Below, in pieces: positions 33,101 to 42,599 of a stretch of 64,000 bases of DNA. Both the position numbers and the translations under genes were made by a program. A model generated the notes under the pieces. The model saw only the letters and a program-made list of their open reading frames with translations. It ran no database searches and was not told the origin of the DNA. The DNA comes from Cyanophora paradoxa CCMP329 (taxonomy: Eukaryota > Plantae > Glaucophyta), in assembly GCA_004431415.1 (NCBI GenBank), contig QPMI01000537.1, positions 1 through 64,000 of the forward strand. The letters run 5' to 3'. Each line of letters begins with the position of its first letter. Position 1 is the stretch's first letter.

Positions 33101-34644
33101 GCTTGTAGGCTGGGTCGCCAGCTGCAGCCGCATCGACTGCAGTTTTTAGGCGTTGAGACGATGTGGTTTCGTACAATAGGTTGAATATCTTAGTTTGGGC
33201 TTCGATACGGAGGGTGCGTGTTGCTGGGCAGAGACCAAAGGCGTGGTCGTGGGTTTCAGGCGTCCCGCTAACGATAGGGGGGGGCCGCGGTGCCTGGCGT
33301 GCGTCTCGTGCGGCCGGGTCGCCGTTGGGGCCGTTCCGGATCCCACCGTCTTCCTCGGGGTCGGACGCAGGCGGCTGCCATGGCGGGGCTGGGGTGGGCC
33401 GGCCGTCTGGGCCTAGCACGGACGCGCAGCCTGCGCGAACACAGAGTCCATTTGGATTTATTGCACTATAGAGATGGGGAGCGTCCCGGGCACGTTCACC
33501 CATGAGGGGTGCGAGTCCGGAGCTGAATTTCGTGATTTGAGCAAGCCTCGCATTCAGGGGGTGCGATGCATCGCGGGAGAGCCCTTTCTTGCGGTATTCG
33601 CGGGCGAGGCGCGCACGGTCGACCGGACTGCCCAAATGGCATTTTTCGGTTGCAAGGAGACGGGAGAAGTTCCGAAATTCGCACGTATTTTTTACGTGTG
33701 CTCGCGGGTCAGACTCAACTCTGTAAACTCTACGAGTGTCGTAGTTCTCGTTCCAGCAGCGCGGGGGCGAAAAGAGTAGGACCATGTCAAATCCGCCAGG
33801 GGGAAAGACCGGCTCCCGGCGGGCGTGCCACGCGCGTTTTGATGCAACTGTTGCGGCCGGGACGGGTCTTCGGGGTCAGATTGCCAGGCTGCTTCCTCAG
33901 GGTCAGCCCAGGAAGAAAGTTCCCGGCCGTCGAGTGCCTGCCGGGAGAGGTCTGCGCTGGGGTGCAGAGCCAGTGCCGCAGCGGCGAGGCGGTCGGCTCG
34001 TGCGTTGTCCCGATCAAATGCACGGTTTGGAACCCGTTCTTCTTCCACCAGCAGGGGCAGGCTTGGTAGTCCTGGTGTATGCTGACCTAGCGCAGCCCGG
34101 GCTTCGCGCCGCCTCTGTCGTTCTGCTCGCCTGGAGGCACGAGACGCTTGCTGCATTTGGTGGACGGCTCGGCGGGCGTTCCGACGGTGGATGTGGGCAG
34201 TGCCCGCGCGAAGGTGCTCGGAGATATAGTTGTAGGCGCCGGTTAGCGGGTTCGCGCGCCCTTCGTATACTCCCGTGCCGGGGCCATATTGAGCTATCAG
34301 TTCCGCCTCCGTAGGTTCGGGAGCGACCGGGTCTCGGTCAGAGAGGTAGGATTCGTATGAGTCTGCGTCTGATTCCGAGTCGTGGTCGGCCACTTCAGCG
34401 GGGGCGGCAGCCGGGCGCGGGCGGCGCCGAGTTATATATTCTTTCTGGTGGGCTTTGACTTTGACAAGACGTTCTTCGTATAGCATTCTGTCGGGTGCCA
34501 CGGCCCTTGCTAGTGCAAGCCGGATGCACTGCACCTCAGCATACGCTTTAAGGTGATGGGAGTACGAGGCTCGAATGCAGCTGCGAAGGGTGGCGGTGGC
34601 GCGATGCGAGACGTACTTGGAGTAGTCCGCCATTGCGGTAAAGC
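30193..34644 (-). mobile_element. non-LTR retrotransposon copy 2 (defective; mid-RNase H to poly(A)), head-to-tail with copy 1
   Basis: Collinear with 19085-23637, with many substitutions and several frameshifts. It has its own poly(A) at 30193-30212. Homology stops at 34644. Confidence 0.93.
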
Positions 34645-34904
34645 CATTGCGGTCCGGCTCCAGGGCTGCAGATGTTGTACCCCTGAGCCCTCGGAGGTTG
34701 TCACTGTGGCGTCGGCAGAGGGGCCGCTGGTCGGTGCAGCTGGCTGCCGCCGCCACCCAACTCTCGTGCAGCCCAAAATAAAGTTTTTCCCTGGCCTTCC
34801 GGGCAGGTGCAGCTGCAGCTCTGTACGTGCAGGGGGCTTCGCGTGCATGCGCTGAGTGCAAAGGGGCTTCGGCGGTTTCTCGGCATCGTCGCCACGCGCA
34901 TCCT

Positions 34905-37900
34905 GCGCGTCCCCTCGCCTCCTCGACTCCCCGCAGAGGCGCCGCGCGGCCTCCTGCGGCGGGGCGCGCAGCGGGCGCGCGGGGGGCGCGGGCGGGGCTG
35001 CACGGCTCGCTCGGCGGCGGTGGAGGGCGTCGGCGGCGCCCCGGCGTCGTCCCGTCGCCTCCTCGGCTCCCCGCGGCGGCGCCGCGCGGCCTCCTGCGTC
35101 GGGGCGCGCGCGGGCTCGGGGGGGCGCGGGCGGGGCTGCACGGGCTCGCTCGGCGGCGGTGGAGGGCGTCGGCGGCGCCCGGCGTCGTCCCGTCGCCTCC
35201 TCGGCTCCCCGCGGCGGCGCCGCGCGGCCTCCTGCGTCGGGGCGCGCGGCGGGCTCGGGGGGCGCGGGCGGGGCTGCACGGGCTCGCTCGGCGGCGGTGG
35301 AGGGCGTCGGCGGCGCCCCGGCGTCGTCCCTCGCCTCCTCGGCTCCCCGCGGCGGCGCCGCGCGGCCTCCTGCGGCGGGGCGCGCGGCGGGCTCGGGGGG
35401 GCGCGGGCGGGGCTGCACGGGCTCGCTCGGCGGCGGTGGAGGGCGTCGGCGGCGCCCCGGCGTCGTCCCGTCGCCTCCTCGGCTCCCCGCGGCGGCGCCG
35501 CGCGGCTCCTGCGTCGGGGCGCGCGGCGGGCTCGGGGGGGCGCGGGCGGGGCTGCACGGGCTCGCTCGGCGGCGGTGGAGGGCGTCGGCGGCGCCCCGGC
35601 GTCGTCCCGTCGCCTCCTCGGCCCCCGCGGCGGCGCCGCGCGGCCTCCTGCGGCGGGGCGCGCGGCGGGCTCGGGGGGGGCGCGGGCGAGGCTGCACGGG
35701 CTCGCTCGGCGGCGGTGGAGGGCGTCGGCGGCGCCCCGGCTTCGTCCCCTCGCCTCCTCGGCTCCCCCGGCGGCGCCGCGCGGCCTCCTGCGGCGGGGCG
35801 CGCGGCGGGCTCGAGGGGGCGCGGGCGGGGCTGCACGGGCTCGCTCGGCGGCGGTGGAGGGCGTTGGCGGCGCCCCGGCTTCGTCCCGTCGCCTCCTCGG
35901 CTCCCCGCGGCGGCGCCGCGCGGCCTCCTGCGTCGGGGCACGCGGCGGGCTCGGGGGGGCGCGGGCGGGGCTGCACGGGCTCGCTCGGCGGCGGTGGAGG
36001 GCGTCGGCGGCGCCCGGCGTCGTCCCGTCGCCTCCTCGGCTCCCCGCGGCGGCGCCGCGCGGCCTCCTGCGTCGGGGCGCGCGGCGGGCTCGGGGGGGCG
36101 CGGGCGGGGCTGCACGGGCTCGCTCGGCGGCGGTGGAGGGCGTCGGCGGCGCCCCGGCGTCGTCCCGTCGCCTCCTCGGCTCCCCGCGGCGGCGCCGCGC
36201 GGCCTCCTGCGTCGGGGCGCGCGGCGGGCTCGGGGGGGCGCGGGCGGGGCTGCACGGGCTCGCTCGGCGGCGGTGGAGGGCGTCGGCGGCGCCCCGGCGT
36301 CGTCCCCTCGCCTCCTCGGCTCCCGCGGCGGCGCCGCGCGGCCTCCTGCGGCGGGGCGCGCGGCGGGCTCGGGGGGGCGCGGGCGGGGCTGCACGGGCTC
36401 GCTCGGCGGCGGTGGAGGGCGTCGGCGGCGCCCCGGCGTCGTCCCGTCGCCTCCTCGGCTCCCCGCGGCGGCGCCGCGCGGCCTCCTGCGTCGGGGCGCG
36501 CGGCGGGCTCGGGGGGGCGCGGGCGGGGCTGCACGGGCTCGCTCGGCGGCGGTGGAGGGCGTCGGCGGCGCCCCGGCGTCGTCCCGTCGCCTCCTCGGCC
36601 CCCGCGGCGGCGCCGCGCGGCCTCCTGCGGCGGGGCGCGCGGCGGGCTCGGGGGGGCGCGGGCGAGGCTGCACGGGCTCGCTCGGCGGCGGTGGAGGGCG
36701 TCGGCGGCGCCCCGGCTTCGTCCCCTCGCCTCCTCGGCTCCCCCGGCGGCGCCGCGCGGCCTCCTGCGGCGGGGCGCGCGGCGGGCTCGAGGGGGCGCGG
36801 GCGGGGCTGCACGGGCTCGCTCGGCGGCGGTGGAGGGCGTTGGCGGCGCCCCGGCTTCGTCCCGTCGCCTCCTCGGCTCCCCGCGGCGGCGCCGCGCGGC
36901 CTCCTGCGGCGGGGCGCGCGGCGGGCTCGGGAGGGCGCGGGCGGGGCTGCACGGGCTCGCTCGGCGGCGGTGGAGGGCGTCGGCGGCGCCCCGGCGTCGT
37001 CCCTCGCCTCCTCGGCCCCCGCGGCGGCGCCGCGCGGCCTCCTGCGTCGGGGCGCGCGGCGGGCTCGGGGGGGCGCGGGCGGGGCTGCACGGGCTCGCTC
37101 GGCGGCGGTGGAGGGCGTCGGCGGCGCCCCGGCGTCGTCCCGTCGCCTCCTCGGCCCCCGCGGCGGCGCCGCGCGGCCTCCTGCGACGGGGCGCGCGGCG
37201 GGCTCGGGGGGGCGTGGGCGGGGCTGCACGGGCTCGCTCGGCGGCGGTGGAGGGCGTCGGCGGCGCCCCGGCGTCGTCCCGTCGCCTCCTCGGCCCCCGC
37301 GGCGGCGCCGCGCGGCCTCCTGCGGCGGGGCGCGCGGCGGGCTCGGGGAGGGCGCAGGCGGGGCTGCACGGGCTCGCTCGGCGGCGGTGGAGGGCGTCGG
37401 CGGCGCCCCGGCGTCGTCCCCTCGCCTCCTCGACTCCCGCGGCGGCGCCGCGCGGCCTCCTGCGGCGGGGCGCGCGGCGGGCTCGGGGGGGCGCGGGCGG
37501 GGCTGCACGGGCTCGCTCGGCGGCGGTGGAGGGCGTCGGCGGCGCCCCGGCGTCGTCCCGTCGCCTCCTCGGCTCCCCGCGGCGGCGCCGCGCGGCCTCC
37601 TGCGTCGGGGCGCGCGCCGGGCTCGGGGGGGCGCGGGCGGGGCTGCACGGGCTCGCTCGGCGGCGGTGGAGGGCGTCGGCGGCGCCCCGGCGTCGTCCCG
37701 TCGCCTCCTCGGCTCCCCGCGGCGGCGCCGCGCGGCCTCCTGCGTCGGGGCACGCGGCGGGCTCGGGGGGGCGCGGGCGGGGCTGCACGGGCTCGCTCGG
37801 CGGCGGTGGAGGGCGTCGGCGGCGCCCCGGCGTCGTCCCCTCGACTCCTCGGCTCCCCGCGGCGGCGCCGCGCGGCCTCCTGCGGCGGGGCGCGCGGCGG

Positions 37901-38246
37901 GCTCGGGGAGGGCGCGGGCGGGGCTGCACGGGCTCGCTCGGCGGCGGTGGAGGGCGTTGGCGGCGCCCCGGCGTCGTCCCTCGACTCCTCGGCTCCCGCG
38001 GCGGCGCCGCGCGGCCTCCTGCGGCGGGGCGCGCGGCGGGTTCGGGGAGGGCGCGGGCGGGGCTGCACGGGCTCGCTCGGCGGCGGTGGAGGGCGTTGGC
38101 GGCGCCCCGGCGTCGTCCCGTCGCCTCCTCGGCTCCCCGCGGCGGCGCCGCGTGGCCTCCTGCGTCGGGGCGCGCGGCGGGCTCGGGGGGGGCGCGGGCG
38201 GGGCTGCACGGGCTCGCTCGGCGGCGGTGGAGGGCGTTGGCGGCGC
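34905..38246. repeat. tandem array of 24 extremely GC-rich units of ~139-140 bp, inside the TSD-bounded insertion
   Basis: Period is 140 (ggcctcctgcgtcgggg at 36061 and 36201), with 24 'tgcacgg' anchors. The leftmost unit is the most diverged, and the array ends exactly at the right TSD. Confidence 0.95.
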
Positions 38247-38263
38247 ACGGGGCAGGAAAAGAT
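38247..38263 (+). repeat. target-site duplication, right copy
   Basis: Identical to 19068-19084. Confidence 0.9.
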
Positions 38264-38281
38264 GCGCCCCCCGCGCCCGCG

Positions 38282-40003
38282 ATGGCGGCGCTCTCGGCGG
38301 TGACCGACACCCACGAGCTCTGCCTGTTCGAGGGGCCCTACGGCCCCGCGCGCCTCGCGGTCCTCCGCACGGACGCGGGCCCCGGCGTCTGCGTGGCCGA
38401 GCTGGCCCGCCTCGTCGGCTTCGCCGGCGACAACGCGCGGTTCGCTGCGGAGTACGGGGTCCCCGTCCGGCCGCTCGCCGACTGGAACGCCGTGCTCCTC
38501 CTCGAATGCCTCGGGGCCGTCGCCCGCGGCTTCTGCAACGCCCAGGAGCGCCCGCCGCACGTCCTCGCGCTCCGCTACGTCGAGGAGGTGGTGAGCGGCG
38601 CGTGGGAGCGCTCGGACGACGCGCGCATGCACCGGGCGGCGGCGAGCCTCTTCGCGGGCCTCGAGCGGCGGCGGCAGGCCCGCCTCGAGCGGCTCGAGAT
38701 GGGCGTCCTCTGGGCCGCGGGCGCGCGGTTCCTCGCCGTGCGCGCGCGCCGCGTCGAGACGCCGGAGCTCCAGTGGTGGGTGCCCCTCGCGAGCGTCGCC
38801 CAGGCCGTCTACGGCGACTCGCGCTCCACGAACTGCGTCCGGATGGAGATCATGAGGCGCTGCCCCGACCTCGCGGTGGGCGGGCCGCACCGCTTCGAGG
38901 CGAGCACACGGACGGTGGGGCGGGAGCGGCTCGCCCTCCTCACCCGCACCCTCGTCTACTACGGCGGTCTCGGCGCCGACATCGCCGCCAACGGCTCGGC
39001 GCGCCGCTGGGCCTTCCTCTCGACACTCGGCGTCGAGAGGCTGCTCGCGGGGCTGCCGGACCGCGACGGGGCGCGCGCCGCCGCCGAGTTCAAGCGCGCC
39101 CGCCTCCTTTTCGAGGGGGCCGACCCCGCGTCGCTCGAGGGGGCCCCCTCGCTCCCGCTCGCCCCGCCCCGCCGCATCTGCCTCTTCGGGCGCAAGTCCT
39201 GGCTCACGGTGAGCGACGGGAGGCCCGCGCGCGCGCGCGAGGCGGCGGGCGCTCACCTGAGCGGCGCGCGCGCAGGACACGGAGATCGCGAACGTGATGA
39301 CGCTCCAGCTGCTTCGGGCCGGCGCGGGGCGCCGGGTGGTGGCGCTGTACCCCATGCACGTCGAGATCTTCGGCTCCGTCCTCCGCCGCTACGCGCGGCT
39401 CGACGAAGCGAAGCGCGAGCGCCGACCTCTCGGGGCCGCCGAGCGGGGCGCCTGCGTCCTGTGCCCCCTGAGCCTCGGAAACTTGCGGCGCGGGGCGGAG
39501 CGTACCCCGGGATGGTCCGCGGGGGGCCACTGGTGCCTCCTCGCCGTCGACGGGGCCTCGAAGCTCGTCCGCTGGTTCGACTCGCTCGGCGGCGCGCCGG
39601 AGACGGGCCTGGAGCGCGCGGCCAAGGCCGCCTTCCCGCGGGGGGCCCCTTTGTCAGCGAGACGCGGGGCCGCCTCCAGGTCGGGGACGGGTACCAGTGC
39701 GGGCCGTGGACGCTCTGGTTCGCCGAGGCGCTCACGATGGAGGTGCTGACTTCGTTCCCGTGGTCGGACGAGATCGACAGCGGCTCCCTGGCCTACGTGC
39801 GCGCGGGTGAGCCGGTGTCGGCGGCGATCGCGGCGGAGAACGGGCGGTTCATCACGGAGAAGCGCGAGGCGTACCGCTCGCTGCTCGAGGGCGGCGTCGT
39901 GGACCAGGCCGTGGCGCTCTTCGACGAGGATTCGCTGCCGGACGCCGAGCGCGTCGTCCTCCCGCCCACCGGCGAGAGGGCGGCCCGAAAGGGCAGCAAG
40001 CCC

Positions 40004-40037
<34 letters not shown>

Positions 40038-40965
40038 GTCCGCCACCCTCGCCGTCCTCGTCCTCGGCGACCTCGTCGGTCGAGGGGGGAGGCGTCGGTC
40101 GTCAACGACGTCGGCACCGTCGCCCGCCTGCTGGGGTACGTCAATCAGCGCGAGCGGGGGATCAGGCCGCTCGACATGGGGCTGCTCACCCGCGCCGACT
40201 TTGTCAAGATCTACCTCCGCTTCCTCCGCTACCTCCGCGAGGAGCGCCGCCTCGCGCCGGGGACCCTCGCCGGGTACACGCAGAGCGTCATGCAGGCGTG
40301 CGCCTTTGTCCATGCCCGCACGGGCGGCGAGGCGGCGGGGGCCGAGGGGCCGCACGCGAGGCCCCTCCGAACCTGAAGACGCAGCTCGAACGCGAGAAGA
40401 AGCAGCGCCGGGGGTGGAAGGGGCGGGGACCGAACTGGATCTCGCTCGAGACGGTGCTGAAGGCGCGGTCCGACGCCCTCGCGGCGCACGAGGCGGCGCC
40501 GCTCCCCATCGACAAGGCCAAGGCCCTCCGGGAAGCGATCCTGATCGGGTTCTTGAGCATCACGCCGGCGCGGGTCGGCGTCGTGAGGCGCCTGCGCATC
40601 GGTCAGACGCTGCGGCGCGACGGCGGGGCCTGGGCGATCTCGCTCACCGAGATGCGGCACGAGACGGGGGAGCTGGTGTCGAAGACGGCCAAATCGCACG
40701 GCGCCATCGTCTTGCCGGTGGCGGGGCCGCTGCAGGGGCCGCTCGAGGCGTACGTCTCCAAGTACCGGCGCCTCCTCCTCCCCGAGGGCGGCGCCGACGA
40801 GGGCTGGCTCTTCGCCTCCTCCTCCGGCGGCTGCCTCTCCGAGTCCGGGTGGGCCGTCTTCTGCCGCAAGGTCGGCGCCCCGCCGCGCGCACGGGGCCCC
40901 GCGGCCGGGCTCACGCGTTCGGACCATGATCAGGTGATGGTCAAGTACACGGGGGTCCCCGCTGC
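38282..40965 (+). pseudogene. intron-containing gene: Bro-N-like N-terminus + Ulp1/C48-like cysteine protease + tyrosine recombinase (C-terminally truncated, frameshifted as assembled)
   Basis: ATG 38282. Intron 39209-39275 joins SWLT|DTEIANVM, followed by GHWCLL, WFDSLG and QVGDGYQCG (protease H/D/Q/C). SAM-like FLRYLREERRLAPGTLAGY. YR core ALREAILIGFLSITPARVGVVRRL, SKTAKSHG, LEAYVSKYRRLL, WLF. Intron 40871-40933 is followed by VMVKYTGVP, with no HxxR/Y afterwards. Frame changes fall at homopolymer runs ~39640, ~40085 and ~40365. Confidence 0.8.
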
Positions 40966-41778
40966 CGGGCGCGCGCGAGGCGCCCGAAAGTGCTGTACTA
41001 CGTCCGGAAAGAGCGTTGGTCATGCTAGCCGGTCGGCGGACGTGACAGATGCGCCGCTGGTCTGAGGCTCGGTGGCTGACGATTCTGTCAGAACCAGCTG
41101 CCCGGTTGCGCAGGTTAAGAGAGTGAGTAGCAGGTCAATGTTTACCAAGAGCGTTCAAGCCGCCGCGCGCTGGTTCCGCTGGGACCTCGCGCTGAAGCTG
41201 CCTATAGCTAGGAAACTTGGCTAGCTATAGCTAGTTATTTTGCTTTTTTGTCTTTATGCCCCCTGGGCAGCCCCCGCAGTGCTGGTGTCTAGAGACTGTG
41301 GCCGGTAATTCACCAAAAAAAAATATAGCTAGCGCTCCCTGGCAAAAGGGACTTGAACTTTTCTGTACCCCCCAAAATGGAAAGTCGCGTCATTTCGAGT
41401 CTCAGAGAGTCTTGAAGCCTTGAAGCCCTATAGCTAGGCCTGTGTGAAGCCCTGTGGTTGCACATTGATAACACTGGCATACTAGCCGCGGACAACGCAG
41501 GCTAGAAGCGGCGGTGCTACCTACGGGGGCGAGAAGCCGCGGACGACGCAGGCAGGGCCCTCTGAAGGGGGGCGTGCACTCCCCCTGGGGTTCCTACAAA
41601 CTACGAGCCTCGGAGGCCCTGAGGGGGACTCCGGGACGAGGGGGGGAGCTCGAGGCCTGCCGCGGCGGGGCCCGCAGGCGAAGACGGAGGAGCTAGGCCT
41701 AGGGAGGAAGCCGGGGCGCCGGCCGCCGCCGGGGCATGCGCAGCTGCAGCCGGCGCCGGATCGGAGAGCGGGGCGGGG

Positions 41779-42496
41779 CTCCCGGCGGGGTCAAGCCCTT
41801 GGCCGGCGCCGGCGCCGGGCTTGCGGCAATCGCATGCCTGAGGGGGGGGTACCCTTCCGCATGCCCTTAACAAAAGCTTAGCTAGCGCTTACTAAGTTAA
41901 GCTTAAGCTTGGCGCTGTATATGTACATGTACATGTACTACGGTAGCGAACCCACCCTTTAATTTCCAGCCTTTGCCGCCTTTTCACTGGGCCAGACCCA
42001 CGGATCATCGGATGCTCTTGCAAAATTGCCGCCTTTCCAGACCCACGACGGAAGCTTTCTCGCCTTGATGACCCACTGCTCCTGTGGCACTGCGGCATGC
42101 ATATGGGGCGGAACTCCGCCGGCGCCGCCGCTGCTGCTGACGTGTCGACGTCGACGTCGACGTCGCCCTCATGATCATCGCCTTCGAATTCGCTGGGCGG
42201 AGATCTAGAGCTCCGAGGCTCGAAGAGCTCGCTGCAGCTGCAGGCTGCCGTTGAAACGAGATGTTGCCGTCGGCCCCCTTGCCGATCAGCGTCTGCACGC
42301 TCTTGCTCTTGGGCGGCATGCCGCTGGCCTTAAGATTGCGAACGCAGGCTTCGGCCCCCCTCCCCCCCCCCCCCCCCCCCCCCCCCCCGCCAGGGCTTGA
42401 GCCGGCTTGAGCCGGCCAAAAGCCGGGCAAGGGCTTGACCCCCCAGCCCGGCTCAAGCCCTTGGCTCAAGGGCTTGACCGCAAGCCGCAGGCCTAG
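41779..42496. mobile_element. possible non-autonomous DNA transposon (hAT-like) remnant
   Basis: Clustered GGCTTGA/TCAAGCC motifs in both orientations at 42392-42486 and one at ~41790. Internal minus-strand fragments MPPKSKSVQTLIGKG and RKLPSWVW (BED-finger-like start). No clean TIR/TSD found. Confidence 0.35.
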
Positions 42497-42599
42497 TAGC
42501 CACCATGGCCAAGCGAGGTCTAGGGCTAGGAATTCGAAGTAGCTCTCAAAATGGTATACGTATACCCATCTTAGTTCTTCAATGACGTATACCCGTCCA

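Noticed and set aside
34905-38246. CRISPR array
   Set aside because: Units are contiguous near-identical 140-mers with no unique spacers, there are no cas genes, and the context is eukaryotic.
33692-41065. Very long ORFs in all six frames (935-2069 aa) across the 140-bp array
   Set aside because: The array is almost free of A/T, so it has no stop codons; the translations are R/A/P/G repeats. Only the LINE part (<34644) and the YR gene (>=38282) are credible coding sequence.
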